From contig MU053504.1 of NCBI GenBank assembly GCA_013239625.1, positions 2,302,607 to 2,366,606 on the forward strand: 64,000 bases of DNA, read 5' to 3'. Positions 25,179-39,244 of the stretch are shown piece by piece. Each line of letters opens with the position of its first letter. The stretch's first letter is position 1. Origin of the DNA: Lama guanicoe. Lineage: Eukaryota. Made by a program: the position numbers and the translations under genes. Below the pieces are notes generated by a model. The model was not told the origin of the DNA and searched no databases. It saw only the letters and a list, made by a program, of their open reading frames with translations.

Positions 25179-28100
25179 AAGAAACACTATCACAGAACAC
25201 TCCAGAGTAAGGCATTAAAGGAAGGACATAATTTTGAGAGATGGAGAAAGGAAGGTGAAATGGTATTCAGGGTGGGGAGAGGGGAAAGAAGGGTGAGAGG
25301 GAAGATTATACAAGCAAAGGTTCAAGGATGGAAAGAGCAAGAAATATCAGGAACATTGTGGGGACCAGGCTTTGGAGAAGTTGTGATAAATGAAGCTGAG
25401 GTGTCAACTTCAGTAGGAAGGCTTTGAATACCAAGATGAGGAGTTTGGTCTGGGAAGTCCCTAAGAGTCAGTGAGCAGAAGACAAAGGGTGTATCAGTTT
25501 GCTTTTGCTATTTAACAAAACACCCCAGAATTTAGTGACATAATACCATAATTATTTATTATTTCTCACTAATCTGTGGGTTGGCTGAGTGGATCTTCTG
25601 GTCTGGGCTGGCTTAGCTGATCATGGTGGTTCCCTCATGCATATTTGATTGACTAATGGATTGGATAGGGACTAGCTGGTTCAGGATAGCCTCATCATAT
25701 GGTCAGCATTTGGCTGGCTATTGGCTAGGCCACATGGCTTCTCATCTTTCAGAAGGCTAGCCTGGGCTTGTTCACATGGTGGCTAGGTAGATTTCCAAGA
25801 GAGGTGGAAATGCACATGGCCTCTTGAAGCCTATTCAGTATTGGCATTGTGCCACTTTGACCATATTCTATTGGCCAAAGCAATTCACAAGTCCAGCCCA
25901 GATTCAAGAGGTGGGGAAATACTTTTCCTCTTGATAGAAAGAGATGCAAAGTCACATTGCAAATGGTGTGGACACAGGAAGAGGAACAACTGTGGCCACA
26001 TTTGCAATTAATTTATCACAGAGGGTTTGAGAGTAGATGGTGGAACGTGAAACAGTAAGAAAAGAGCCCTGTGGACAGGGAGACTGGCTGGGACGCAATC
26101 ACAGTAGTGATTGGGAAGAAAAGGGTTAGATGATTGCCCAGACTCTCTAATGGGAAAGACTAGGGATGGGGGACAATAGAGAAAATGGGGAGGAAACAAG
26201 TCTCTGACTTTGAGGTCTGAATGGGCCAGGCAAGGGACAAAACCATTCACAGAGCTAGGGTGTCAGCAGGTGGCTGCTGGTGAAAGGCCTGTCCGATTTG
26301 GAGCCCTGCACCAGAGGGCCCTTGGAGGCCTTGGGAGATGGCAGCTTGGGTGTGCATTTGAGTCCTGAGGCCTCTGCTATCTACAAGCTGGGAGGGATCA
26401 TCAAGCCCTTTGACATCTCCTGGGCTTGCTGTTCCCCTCCGTAGGGTAGGGGGAGGAATTCTAACCTTGAAGGGCTGTTGGATGATAAATTGAGAGGCAC
26501 AGTAAATGGAAGCATTTTGTAAACTCTCCTGGGATGAACATTTATTAGTGGTTTTATGGCTTGGTTTTGTTTTTAATTCAAGAGATATTAGCCACCCAGG
26601 GATTGTGACTAGGACAGACCTAGGACAGGGCATGAAGGGGGAAGTGGAGGGCTCAGGGTTTGAGGGAAAATGCTGCTGTTAGGAGGTGAGAGGAAAAGAA
26701 GGATCCAGAGAGAGGGGGCATGATCTGTCCACAGTCCCTCTGACTTGGGGTTGGGGAAGTCTTAAGACAGTGGCAGTGTGGGGCACTCCCTATGGCTGCT
26801 CTGTGCTCACTCACATGTTGAGCTCAGAGTTGGAAGTCATACTGGGAGCAGTATGGTAGGAGATGTTAGTCTCAGTTAATCTCCCTGCTTGGTCCTCCAA
26901 AGGCAAACTCCTGGGTGGTCTGGACTGAGGTTGTACAGCTCCCCACTCCTCTCTTCTTTCTTATGCCTACTGCTCTGAAAAGTCCAGTGGCATCACTACT
27001 TCCAGATGTGGCCTCCAGATGTGGCCTGGAGCAGTTCCAGATGGATCAAGGATGCAGAGGCAGTAGCCAACCTCCTGGCTTTTCCTCCTCCCTTCTTCTC
27101 CAATGGGGCCTGCCCAATGTTTTCCCTTCTCTGCCTTCCTTCCACCACTAGGTCAGGGTACCAGGTACCCAGAGGCACTGGTGGATGGATAAATAAATGT
27201 TAGGAATAAACCTGAGCCAGACAGATGCATCTTTATTCGTGCTGGAAAGAGCTTATAACCGGGAGAGTGGAAAACTCTCAAATGTTTCCGTTCTGAGCAG
27301 TAAAGAAACACTATCACGGAACACTCCAGAGTAAGGCATTAAAGGAAGGACATAATTTTGAGAGATGGAGAAAGGAAGGTGAAATGGTATTCAGGGTGGG
27401 GAGAGGGGAAAGAAGGGTGAGAGGGAAGATTATATAAGCAAAGGTTCAAGGATGGAACAAGCAAGAAATATCAGGAACACTGTGGGGACCAGGCTTTGGA
27501 GAAGTGTTAAATGAAGCTGAGGTGTCAACTTCAGTAGGAAGGCTTTGAATACCAAGATGAGGAGTTTGGTCTGGGAAGTCCCTAAGAGTCAGTGAGCAGA
27601 AGACAAAGGGTGTATCAGTTTGCTTTTGCTATTTAACAAAACACCCCAGAATTTAGTGACATAATACCATAATTATTTATTATTTCTCACTAATCTGTGG
27701 GTTGGCTGAGTGGATCTTCTGGTCTGGGCTGGCTTAGCTGATCATGGTGGTTCCCTCATGCATATTTGATTGACTAATGGATTGGATAGGGACTAGCTGG
27801 TTCAGGATAGCCTCATCATATGGTCAGCATTTGGCTGGCTATTGGCTGGGCCACATGGCTTCTCATCTTTCAGAAGGCTAGCCTGGGCTTTTTCACATGG
27901 TGGCTAGGTAGATTTCCAAGAGAGGTGGAAATGCACATGGCCTCTTGAAGCCTATTCAGTATTGGCATTGTGCCACTTCGACCATATTCTATTGGCCAAA
28001 GCAATTCACAAGACCAGCCCAGATTCAAGAGGTGGGGAAATACTTTTCCTCTTGATAGAAAGAGATGCAAAGTCACATTGCAAATGGTGTGGACACAGGA

Positions 28101-29422
28101 AGAGGAACAACTGTGGCCACATTTGCAATTAATTTATCACAGAGGGTTTGAGAGTAGATGGTGGAACGTGAAACAGTAAGAAAAGAGCCCTGTGGACAGG
28201 GAGACTGGCTGGGACACAATCACAGTAGTGATTGGGAAGAAAAGGGTTAGATGATTGCCCAGACTCTCTAATGGGAAAGACTAGGGATGGGGGACAATAG
28301 AGAAAATGGGGAGGAAACAAGTCTCTGACTTTGAGGTCTGAATGGGCCAGGCAAGGGACAAAACCATTCACAGAGCTAGGGTGTCAGCAGGTGGCTGCTG
28401 GTGAAAGGCCTGTCCGATTTGGAGCCCTGCACCAGAGGGCCCTTGGAGGCCTTGGGAGATGGCAGCTTGGGTGTGCATTTGAGTCCTGAGGCCTCTGCTA
28501 TCTACAAGCTGGGAGGGATCATCAAGCCCTTTGACATCTCCTGGGCTTGCTGTTCCCCTCCGTAGGGTAGGGGGAGGAATTCTAACCTTGAAGGGCTGTT
28601 GGATGATAAATTGAGAGGCACAGTAAATGGAAGCATTTTGTAAACTCTCCTGGGATGAACATTTATTAGTGGTTTTATGGCTTGGTTTTGTTTTTAATTC
28701 AAGAGATATTAGCCACCCAGGGATTGTGACTAGGACAGACCTAGGACAGGGCATGAAGGGGGAAGTGGAGGGCTCAGGGTCTGAGGGAAAATGCTGCTGT
28801 TAGGAGGTGAGAGGAAAAGAAGGATCCAGAGAGAGGGGGCATGATCTGTCCACAGTCCCTCTGACTTGGGGTTGGGGAAATCTTAAGACAGTGGCAGTGT
28901 GGGGCACTCCCTGTGGCTGCTCTGTGCTCACTCACACGTTGAGCTCAGAGTTGGAAGTCATACTGGGAGCAGTATGGTAGGAGATGTTAGTCTCAGTTAA
29001 TCTCCCTGCTTGGTCCTCCAAAGGCAAACTCCTGGGTGGTCTGGACTGAGGTTGTACAGCTCCCCACTCCTCTCTTCTTTCTTATGCCTACTGCTCTGAA
29101 AAGTCCAGTGGCATCACTACTTCCAGATGTGGCCTCCAGATGTGGCCTGGAGCAGTTCCAGATGGATCAAGGATGCAGAGGCAGTAGCCAACCTCCTGGC
29201 TTTTCCTCCTCCCTTCTTCTCCAATGGGGCCTGCCCAATGTTTTCCCTTCTCTGCCTTCCTTCCACCACTAGGTCAGGGTACCAGGTACCCAGAGGCACT
29301 GGTGGATGGATAAATAAATGTTAGGAATAAACCTGAGCCAGACAGATGCATCTTTATTCGTGCTGGAAAGAGCTTATAACCGGGAGAGTGGAAAACTCTC
29401 AAATGTTTCCGTTCTGAGCAGT
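25179..29422 (+). repeat. Direct tandem duplication A, units 25179-27301 and 27303-29422 (each includes an MLT1-type LTR)
   Basis: Near-identical sequence at offset 2124 (2121 after a small indel); duplicated ORFs in the track (e.g. 26247/28368). Confidence 0.98.
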
Positions 29423-30744
29423 TCCAGCGGCTCTTGGAGGAGGAAGTGAGCTGTTTCCCTGGCTGGGGAGCTGCCAGGGAACTGGGCTCAGGGCCAGCTG
29501 GGGCCTGGGAGGAGCTGCTGAAATCTTCCCTCTAAATGGGAACAGCCTGGGTCCTGGTGTTTTACCAGGATAGAGCCCCAGTTAGGGGGGAAAGGCAATT
29601 GTTTTATTAGTAATAGACCATGCTACCAACCCAGCTGGTGCTGCTAAGAGTGAGTCCTTTGGTTGCCCGGGCAAGTGTGTATCAATGTACTATGTGCTTG
29701 AATTCTCGAGGGCTCATGTTCAAATGCAGACTCTGACTCTGTCCATGTGGAGTGAGGCCTGGAGTTCTGCATTTCTCTCTTTCAGATGATTCCAAAGCTG
29801 CCTGTCTATAGACCACATTTTGAGTAGGAAGGGTACTAGACTAGACATCCAGAACATATCTAAACTTTTGACACTTCTCTATTTTTTCTTGCAGGTTTTC
29901 CTGATTTTTTTTTTAAGTTCAGAAAATATCAAAGAGTAGACAGTGGAAAATCTCCTATATCTGGCCTCAGCAACCCAGTGATCCCTTCCTGTGGCCAAAC
30001 AGTTTTGTTGGCTTTTGTCTATGTCCTTCCAGGGATGTGTGATGAATATTCAAGCAAGCGTGCATATTCTCTTCTCTCTCCTTGCCCTATTTTGAATCTC
30101 ATCTCATATATCCTGTTTTGCATTTTGCTTTTTTCACTTAACAACCTACCTTGGACATCACTCCAGTTCCTTCTTTCTGTTTTTAAAGTCATACAGTTTC
30201 ATTACAGCTTACTGGGCAAATCCCTTTCAATGGACACTTGATTACGTCCAATCCTTTGCTCTTGCTGACAGTGGTGCAACGAATAACTTAGCATCCTATT
30301 ATTTCTCCTGGGTGTGAGTCTATCTGGAAGATGAAGGTCTGCAAGAGGAAATGTAGGGCCAAGGGATATATGCATTTGTAAGCTGGATGAATATCTCCCC
30401 AGAGTTTGTGCTAACAACGTCAGAGACAGACTATTTCCCATCTCTCAAAGCCACATGTTAACAAACTTTCTGATATTTGCCAATTTGATATACAAAAATG
30501 ATCACTACTCCTTTTGAAGCTCTCTCCTCCTTTAGCTTCCATCATTCTCTTCAACTATTTATTTATTAGAGGGTCCTTGCCTTCATCCTCTCTGTTCTAG
30601 CAGCCATATCAGGTGCTGGGAATCTAATAAGAAATAGCATGAGTCACTCTTGTGCTTTCATCTAGTGGGAAAGACGATTAATTAGCCAATAATTCCTGAT
30701 AAGCATGAAGAGTGCTCTGATAAGGGGGTGACTTCTTAAGACAG

Positions 30745-31110
30745 AGCTACTCAAACTTCAGTGTGCTCTTGCATCAACCTGTGGATCTCGTCAAAATGCA
30801 GATTCTGATTCAGCAGGTCTGGGGCAGGGTCTGAGAATCTCCCAGTTCTAACAATCTCCCAGGTGAAGCTGGGACTGCGGGTCCCAGGACCATATTTTGA
30901 GTAACAAGGGCCTACAGAACTTCTGTAAAAGAACTGGATGGTAAATATTTTCAGCTTTGTTAGACACCTGGTCTCTATGGCAGCTGTTCAATTCTGATTT
31001 GACAGCAGCGTAGACAATATGTAAATAAATGGATATGGTTGTGTTCTGATAAAATTTTATTTACAAAATGGGCAGTGGGCTGGGAATTTGTCCAGCAGCC
31101 TATGGTTTCC
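30745..31110. mobile_element. MER5-like plus MER58-like hAT DNA transposon remnants
   Basis: AAAATGCAGATTCTGATTCAGCAGGTCTGGGG...; GTAAATATTTT.AGCTTTG...GTTCTGATAAAATTTTATTTACAAAA. Confidence 0.75.
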
Positions 31111-34109
31111 TGAACCCCCATGTGGAACATCATAGACATCCAGTAACTGCTTGTTGAAGCAATGAGTGAAGGGTGCTATTTGAGTACTAGCCGGGGCCTG
31201 GACTCACCTCGGGCTCAGTGGTACCTGGAGGAATGGTGTAGTAGTACCAGGAAAACAAAAACCAGAATTTAACTGGAGGTAATTAAATGCATGGAATTGT
31301 TTAGACAGTCAGTGGAAAAGCTGAGAAGTCAACCAGGAGCAACCCAGAAATTAACAACAACAGGAAGCTGTTACCGCCCTGGGGAAGAGGAGAAGGGCGG
31401 AGATGGTATTACTGGGGCTCATGTCACCCAGTGGGAGCTGGAACCATAGGGAGGACCCAGCTGTGGTCGGAGTCCTGGGAAGAAATACCTTTGGAATCTC
31501 CCTTCTTCTTTCACTCCAATCTCCCATCGATTGGCCAGACCCAGCTGTGATCTAATTCACACAGGAAGCTGCAGGGGCCAACCCCTGTCATACGGAATAG
31601 AGCAGGAGAAGTCAAGTATAGTCTGAAGCCAACAGGTCAAGGCCCAGCCAAAGGGACACTTAAAATGAGACTGGAAGTGCAGGTAGTAGACCAGGCATAC
31701 GGGAGGGGAAGGCTGGGTGTTTCAGGCACAGAAAGTAGGCACAGGGCATGTAGGGGTGCGTGTGTGGGATGAGACCAGCAGGGAGGCCACTCCCTTAGGC
31801 AGGATGAGATTTATGCTTTAGAATAGGGAGGGGGTGGATGGGTGGGTAGCAAATGTCTTTGTCACATAGTTTTCTTTGTTTTGTGTTAAAAACATGTAAA
31901 AACGTAGAAACCATTTTTAGCTCACAGGATGCACAAAAACAGGCCACAGGCAGCCTTGCAGCCCATCACAGTTTGATGGCCTGTTGTAGAAAGATCCACT
32001 TTAGAAGAATGGGTTTGGGTGGACACGAAGCTGAGAGAGGAGATGGAGAGGTAGGAAAGGGGGCTGCTAAAGATGCCAGGCAGGCGACGGCAGGAGCCCA
32101 AATGGGGAGCATCACGGTGGAGAGAAGGGATGACTTAGAGATATGGAATGGACAGAATGTAGAATGGCTGGTCTGAATAGAGGGCTGGGCTGGGTCTGGA
32201 GGGATTTGTAAACTGACACATTGGATATTCTTCTGATGATCTTGGAACCCCCTTCCTCGCTTGCTTTAGGGAATGAGAGGAAATCCTGTCCTGCTGGCAG
32301 TGAGCTTCCCTCTGCACCCCCACCCTACCCACTCTCTTTAGGTAGAACAGTGGGGGAGCAAGTTGTGCTGCCTCTTAGTAAGACAGGAGTTGGCTGCCCA
32401 GGTGTCGGTGACTCACTGGTTGCTCACTGTAAAATATGGGTAGTAAGAATCTTCTGTTTTCAGTTTCAGGCCTTAGCTGCCATTCCAGAATGACAGAGGA
32501 CATCCCACCAACATTCTGTGACATCTCCCTGTGGCATTTGGGTCTAGAGTAGAGATGAGGGCTGGAAAGTCCCTTGCCCAGCCCTAAGCTCAGACACCTA
32601 CTGGGAACCCCTGCCATCATCTTGATCGTAGGCTGACTGTAGCAGAGACAGGGCCGAGATGCTGTCTTTGTTTGGGCTCCCCTAAAAGAGGAGGCAAGGA
32701 TTTGTGTGTAAGCAGTTCCTTGCACTAGGAGGGAGTCAGGAACTGAGGCAGCGGAGGGAAGCAGCCCATATTGGGTGCAATATGGAGCCAATTACCACTG
32801 TGGGCAACTGGAACTGAGTCCTGCTGGGGAGTTCTGGACTTCAAGGTAGAACATATACCCCCAGTGTTCTCCTCTCTGAGAAGCGAGGTAACTAGGGTAT
32901 ATTCAACAACTCCCGTGAGTCACAGACGGATGGATCCTCCAAGAGGGGTTGATTCCCTGGCGCTTGCAGCCTGCTACCTAGCCCTCTGCAGCTCAGGGCA
33001 CTCAAAGGGACTGCAAAGTGGGCTGGGCAGGTTTGAGCCCGCTGCCCCTTGTCCTGATTATTTGGGACCTGAGACTCTTCACATAACTGGGAACAGATGG
33101 AATTGTTTGTTACACAGGAAAAGCTAGCTGATACACAGTCCAACTTCTGCAATACCTGCCCCCCAGGTATTCTATCTGTCTGTTACCTTCATTGATGGAG
33201 AAGATACCAGCAAACAGAGGGCCTATTTCAGGTTTTATAAGGTCCGTGGTGTCTGTATTCATTGATGGCCTGCATGTACCCTCCACCCTGATATTTAAAA
33301 ATATCTCTGCCCAAGCCCACTCTGGCCTGGCAGGCTCCTACAGTAATGTGCCAGAGCAGAAGGAGGGGCTGAGGGTTGAAAGAGGCCAAGGGTGGGGTCC
33401 TGGAGACCACCTCTGTGGACCTGGAAGAGGATCAGGGGTTTCTCATAGGATGGAGCACAGGAACGGAACTTGGGAGGCAGCAAACCTGGGTCAAGTTCTG
33501 CTTCCACTGCTCATTAAGTCTGTGTCCTGGGGTAATTTGCTTTTTTATTCAGAGCTTCAGTTTCTCTAAGAGCAGAGTTAGGTTTTGTGGCGTCTGAAGC
33601 TGAAACAAGTTGGGAATGCTCTTTAAGCAGAAGACTATCTAAAACTCTCATAACAAAATTATGATTATAAAATTGCAGGACTTTGGAAGAGGCTCTGGCT
33701 TCCTTAGCTTTGCAGTGAATTGCTTCTGGCTTCCTCAGTTGTGGAATAGGAAGGGTAATAATAGTGATCGACAAGGATTGCTTTGAAGGTCAAATGAATA
33801 CACTGTATGTGGCTGTTCTAGTGGATGGGATCTAGCAGGAAGACAGCTTTGCAAGAAATGATTTGCATAGGGGGAAAGGGTTCATGTCGTGGCTGGTGGG
33901 TGGGCTTCTGTGGGAGAGATGGAGCGGCATGAGGAGCAGAAGAGTGGAGAAGGATGGTGCGGTACCTATACTTCTACCAGGCCCCTAAGGCTCACAGAGA
34001 GTGTCTACAGCCAGACGCAGGAGCTGATTTCATGAGGGTCTTTGTGAGGTTCTGGAGCCCAAGTAAGTTTGGGAAAGGTTCTGAACACAAAGTTGGGAGA
34101 AACACGTAT

Positions 34110-34510
34110 CTTCTAGAGTAAGAGGCTGAAATGGGGATTGTTGAGCAAGTGATTTATTGAGGACGTGCTCTCAGAGAAGAATGAAAGGGAGGAAGGGAAG
34201 CAGGACAGGTCAGGGGAAGATGCTCAACAGGGAGACAGTTTAGCTGGAGTCTAGCCTCCCCCTGACCCCACAGGGATCTGTGGGGTGTGAATGGACAGAG
34301 ATTTGTCCCATTCTGAGGGAAGCAGGGCAGGCTTTCCCTGCTGTGCCAATCAGTTTTTGGGAGGAGGATGGGTAGTATAACCTCCCAGATTCATCCATCC
34401 ATCAAGGGCAATTCTCAGGAGAAGGGGGCAGCCTTTGCAGCAGTTGCTGGATGGTTATGCTGGCCTGGGAAAGGGCATCTGGGCAGGGCACTAACAGAAT
34501 CTACTACAAC
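34110..34510. mobile_element. MaLR LTR (MLT1K-like)
   Basis: Similar to 6760-7175 (GAGGCTGA...GTGATTTATTGAGG...GACCCCACAGGGA...AGGGCAATTCTC). Confidence 0.6.
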
Positions 34511-35265
34511 GGTCCTCTCCCCATTTCTGCAGGATGCTCAGACCTACCGTGGTATGGGGTTGGCAACGTGGGAAGCATAGGGGAACGAAGGAATGGAATT
34601 TAGGAGAGACCACAGTGCTGATCTTCGGGGCAATCTGACAGGGGCTGTGGACAGGTGCTGCCCCCAAGTGGCTTCTAAGGACTTGGCTTTCTAGAAGGGG
34701 CCCCTGTGCTAAGCTCATGTGGAACAGCCTGGGGAATTTCAGAAATAACTGGAGCAAGTCGAGGGACTCTGGAGCACCTGTGGTCTGCAGCTGAGGGTAA
34801 AAGCCCGTGAAATGTGTGTTTTTCTTATTAATGCAACCTCTTTGTGTCCATGGGCTGGAAAGGCCGGGAGGAACTCCGGGCTCTTGTGCTCATGTGGAAA
34901 AGGGCTTTGTCAACTCTGAAGTACAGGATGATTTCCAAGACCATGAACATGATCAGTTCCCTGCCCTGTGGAAGGACCACTGGTTGGCTCAAAAAGAAGG
35001 GGAGATAAGCAGGAGGGTACGACTGTTGGTGACACTGGGTTCATATCCCTCGCTGTGTCCTATTGCCAAAGTTAATGTTATTTCTCTTTGGTGAGATGGG
35101 TCTTAGGAAAAAGCAACTAGAACTGGCATGTGGTGTAGGTAGGAGGTAAAATGGACAACCACCTTGGAAAAGTGTTTGGCAGCCTCATGAAGTTAAACAT
35201 ATACTCATCGTATGACCTAGCAATTTCACTGCTAGATATTTACCCAAGAGAAATGAAAGCCCGCT

Positions 35266-35940
35266 GTATTAGGTATCTACTGCTGTGTACTAAATTATGC
35301 CAAAATCTAGCAGCTTAAAATAACAATAAATATGTATTATCTTCACAATTTCTGTGGGTCAGGAATCCAGGAGCACCTTTGCTGGGTGGTTCTGGCTAGA
35401 GGTCTTTCATCAAGTTGCAGTCAATATGGTGACCGGCCAACAAGAAGTCTTGATGGAGCTGGAAGATCTGTTCCCACTCACTCACACACACTTGGCAAGT
35501 TAGCGCTGAATGTTGGTGAGAGGCTTCAGTTCTTTTCTGCATGGATCTCCCATGGGGCTGTTTGAGTGTCATCACATGGCAGTTAATTTTCCCCAAAACA
35601 AGTGATTGGAAGGAGTAAGGCAGAGGGTAAAGTTACAGCTCAGTGGTAGAGCGCATGTTTAGCATGCACGTGGTCCTGGGTTCAATCCCCAGTGCCTCCA
35701 TATAAAAATAAAACAAAAAAACAAAACCCCTCCCACAAAACCCAATTCCCCTCTCCCCCCACAAAAAAAGAGTAATGCAGAAGTTGCAATGTCTTTTAAG
35801 ACCTAGCCTTGGAGGACACACTGACATTTCTGAAATAGCCTACTGACTACTTGGCCAGCTCTATCCAATGTTGGAGTGATGACACAAGGTCTTGAGTATC
35901 AGGAGGGGAGGATCAGTTGGGACTATCTTGGAGGCTGGTG
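35266..35940. mobile_element. MaLR LTR (MLT1F/G-like) interrupted by a SINE
   Basis: TGTATTAGGTATCTACTGCTGTGTAC...TTCTGTGGGTCAGGAATCCAGGAGCA...ATCTTGGAGGCTGG. Confidence 0.75.
35625..35769 (+). mobile_element. tRNA-Ala-derived SINE (Vic-1-like)
   Basis: CAGCTCAGTGGTAGAGCGCATGTTTAGCATGCACG...GGTTCAATCCCCAG; TSD GAGTAA(G/T)GCAGA. Confidence 0.9.
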
Positions 35941-38409
35941 ACGACAAGCGTTAACACAGCCATGCCTCGTCTGTTCTGCACATACATGAGCAACACGTAC
36001 ACCTTTGGCATTCTGAGATTCTAGTATGAATTCTGAGTATCCCCGGGGTGGGTATGTGGCTTCGGTTCCAGTGAAGAAGAAAAAGACTGCAGTGCTCAGC
36101 AAGAGGCTGGGCAGGGAAGCTGTAGTGGATGCGCTCCTGAGTGAACATGTCTCAGGAGCAGCCCAGTGTGGAGGGTGGCTTGGTGCAGGTTGGTTAGACT
36201 TAATGGGAGGAAATGGAGGGATCACTTGGCTTCCGTTATTTAAAAAAATATGCATTGGAACAAGAGTCCAGGACCCTCAAGGCAGCCTGTCAGCTGGTGT
36301 GTCAGCGAAGAGTGGATTTAGAAGCACTTTAATGAAGAGGCAGTTCCAAACCCAAGGGCTTATCTTTTCCTCATCCTGGAGCCTCCCCAGCAGGGCAAGG
36401 AGCCTGTGAGGGGTTTCTCGTCTGTGCCACAAAGCCAGAGCACTGTCAGTCCTCAAATCATGGTCTCATGAGACCCCTCCTGTCTTCCAGGTTGGAGAGC
36501 AGGACTTACCCTCCACCTGTTAAGGACCCCTATTATCCAATCATGCGCTTTAATAAATAGGTTAACTCCAACAGAGTTGCGGTGAATTCTGATTGCTGGG
36601 CTCCTCTCTAGGAAGCTGAGTCCTAGGCTGAATATATAAATCCTCAGACCCCAAGCCTTCTCCCCCTATCTCACTAGCTCAGCTTCCAGTCTGGGAGCCT
36701 TGTGGAGTTGGGGTTGTAACCCTCTCTCCATCTCTATGGGCTGGGTAAGGGAATGGAGGCAGGAAAACAGGATGTAACCTCTAGTCCTTAAAGGCAGCCT
36801 GTGCTTCCATAATGAATTTTGGACCCCCAGTAAAGGAATTTTGAACAAATGCAAAAGTTTAAGGACCCGCAGACAAGCGGACCCCTTCTTTTTCATCACC
36901 AGAGCCGGCATTGCTTAAGGATGTGGGTGAAGGGATGAAAATGGTAGGGAAATGGAGGCACTAGCCCTTTAAAGGGGAAGCCAGGGTTTGCAGAGCAATG
37001 TAAATTAGCATGTAAATGGATCTGTAAAAGCAGACTTGAGACCCGGGGGCAGTGGACTTGGATGAACCAAAGGATCTTCGCGCCAGTTTGCCCAGCCCTG
37101 AATCTTGGTTCCCTGCTGGATGTGAGAAGAGGCGACACAGCTCCAGAATTTCTATAAAGGAGGCGCTGGGGTAAGGGGTGCAATATGGCTAGGAAAGTGG
37201 GAGATGGAGAGTCACTGAACTGACCTGAGAACCACACATTTTGTTGATTGTATGTTTACTACAGGGTGGCTTTGCCTCTCAATTTTCTCTCTCTTTTCTA
37301 TTAATGTGACAGCAGGAATCAATGTTACTTTAATAACTCCTCTATCTGATTATCTATTTTGGAATTTTGTAAACGATTCTTCTCTTTTGTGTTCTTTTAC
37401 CAACAGAATTTAGCTCTTCTCATTATGCATGATGGAATTTGACATCTTTTGATGTATTTGCCTGGTTCTAAGGTTATTCCAGTGGCCAGTGCAAATCTCT
37501 TCCTGGACCTCCAGACTCAAGTAGCACAGCATCACCTAAACAACCCCTGGATGTCTCGCGGAGACCTCAACCTGAACATATCTGAGATGGAATTCATAGT
37601 CCTCCAAAATCCAGTTCTTTTGAATAGTCCCTACCCCTACACCATCCAACTAGTGCCCAAGCCAGAAGGCTGAGATCAGTCTGGACACCTCCCTTGCTCT
37701 CAATTCCCCCTGAAGCAATCTATTTCTAAGTCCTGAGACCTCTTGTCTGACATCTTGACAATTTCAATGGCTCTTAACTGGTCCCTCTGCACCCTCTGTT
37801 ACAACACTCCCATCATGCCATTGCCAATACCAATCTGCACACAGATGTCAGGGTTATTTGCGTCCTCCACCCCGAGGCACTAGTTTATCTGTGTGACATT
37901 GGGGAAGTTGCTGCTCCTCTCTGAGCCTTCGCTCCCCATTGGTCAAACAGAAGTTGGTCTAGAGACTTGCCAAGGACCAGCACAGATTAATTTCTGGGGT
38001 GTTGTGGCACTGAGGGGCTACCTGCATTCTGGATAGAGAGTAACCCCGTGGTAGGGTGGGGGACACCCTAGGGTCCAGGAACTGCAGGGTAAGCAGTACT
38101 TGGAGCCATAGGCTTTCCAAGTTTTTGCAGCCTGCCACCCACTTCCTGCTACCAAGAGAGAAGAAGTGTTGTCGACTTCTTCTGAAATTCATGTCTGTTT
38201 TAATTGCTACCCCACCACATACCAAAAATACGTATTTACTCCTTTCCTATTCCTCAACTTCAAACCCAGCCCAGTCTAACCCAGGTTCTCACCACTGTGA
38301 ACTTTCCTATATTCATTATTAAAAAAACAAACAAATAAACTTTATTTTGGACCTGGGGGAGTGTCAGGGAAAGAAGATATGGCAATCCTAAGTGTGTGTG
38401 CACAAATGA

Positions 38410-39235
38410 CAGCATTGCTTTAGGTGTGCACCACAGATTTTGCTATGTTATATTTTCATTTTCATTTTAGTTTGCTCTATTTTAAAATTTTCCTTGAGTG
38501 TCCTCTTTGATCCATGAATTAGTTTGAAGTATGTTGTTTAATTTCCAAGTGTTTGGAGATTTTCCAGTTACCTTTCTGTTATTGATTACATTGCAGGCAG
38601 AGGACGCAGTATGATTAAATTCTTTTAAACTTGTTGAGGTTGATTTTATGGTCCAGCATATGGTCTATCTAGGTATATGTTCTCTGGGTGCTTGAAAATA
38701 ATGTATTTTTGATATTATTGGGTGAAGTGTTCTACAAATGTCAATTAGATCCTCTTGCTTAATGGTACAATGGAGGTCTTCTATACTCTTGCTGATTTTC
38801 TTCTAATTGTTCTATCAGTTATTGAGAAAGGGGTGTTGAAGACTCCAACTACGGTAGTGAATTTGTCTATTTCTTCTTTCAGTTCTATCAATTTTTGCTT
38901 CACGTATTTTGCAGCTCTGTCATGTTGTGTACACACGTTTAGAATTGCTTTATCTTTGCAGATTGTCCATTTTATCACTATATAAAGTCTTTGGTAATTT
39001 TCTTTGCTCTGAAGTCTATTTATCTGTTATTAACATAGCCATTTCTGCTTTCTCTTGGTTAATGTTTGCCTGTTATAATCTATCATATTTTTTTACTTTT
39101 AACCTACCTATATTGTTATATACGAAATGAATTTCATATGGACAGCAAGTCATACTTTTAAATCCCCTCTGCCATTCTCTGTGTTTTAATTGGTGCTCTT
39201 TGATAATTTATATTTAATGTGATTATTTATGTTAG
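38410..39235 (-). mobile_element. L1 ORF2 endonuclease-domain remnant
   Basis: Minus ORF 38781-38978: AAKYVKQKLIELKEEIDKFTTVVGVFNTPFSITDR, L1 ORF2p EN-like. Confidence 0.9.
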
Positions 39236-39244
39236 CCTGCCATT

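Noticed and set aside
27001..27027. Short local direct repeats (TCCAGATGTGGCC x2; similar cases at ~1401, ~9391, ~50165, ~50303)
   Set aside because: Ordinary slippage-type microduplications; no repeat-spacer periodicity, so not CRISPR-like.
26008..29324. Identical ORF pairs suggesting duplicated genes
   Set aside because: A by-product of tandem duplication A; the peptides have no recognisable features.
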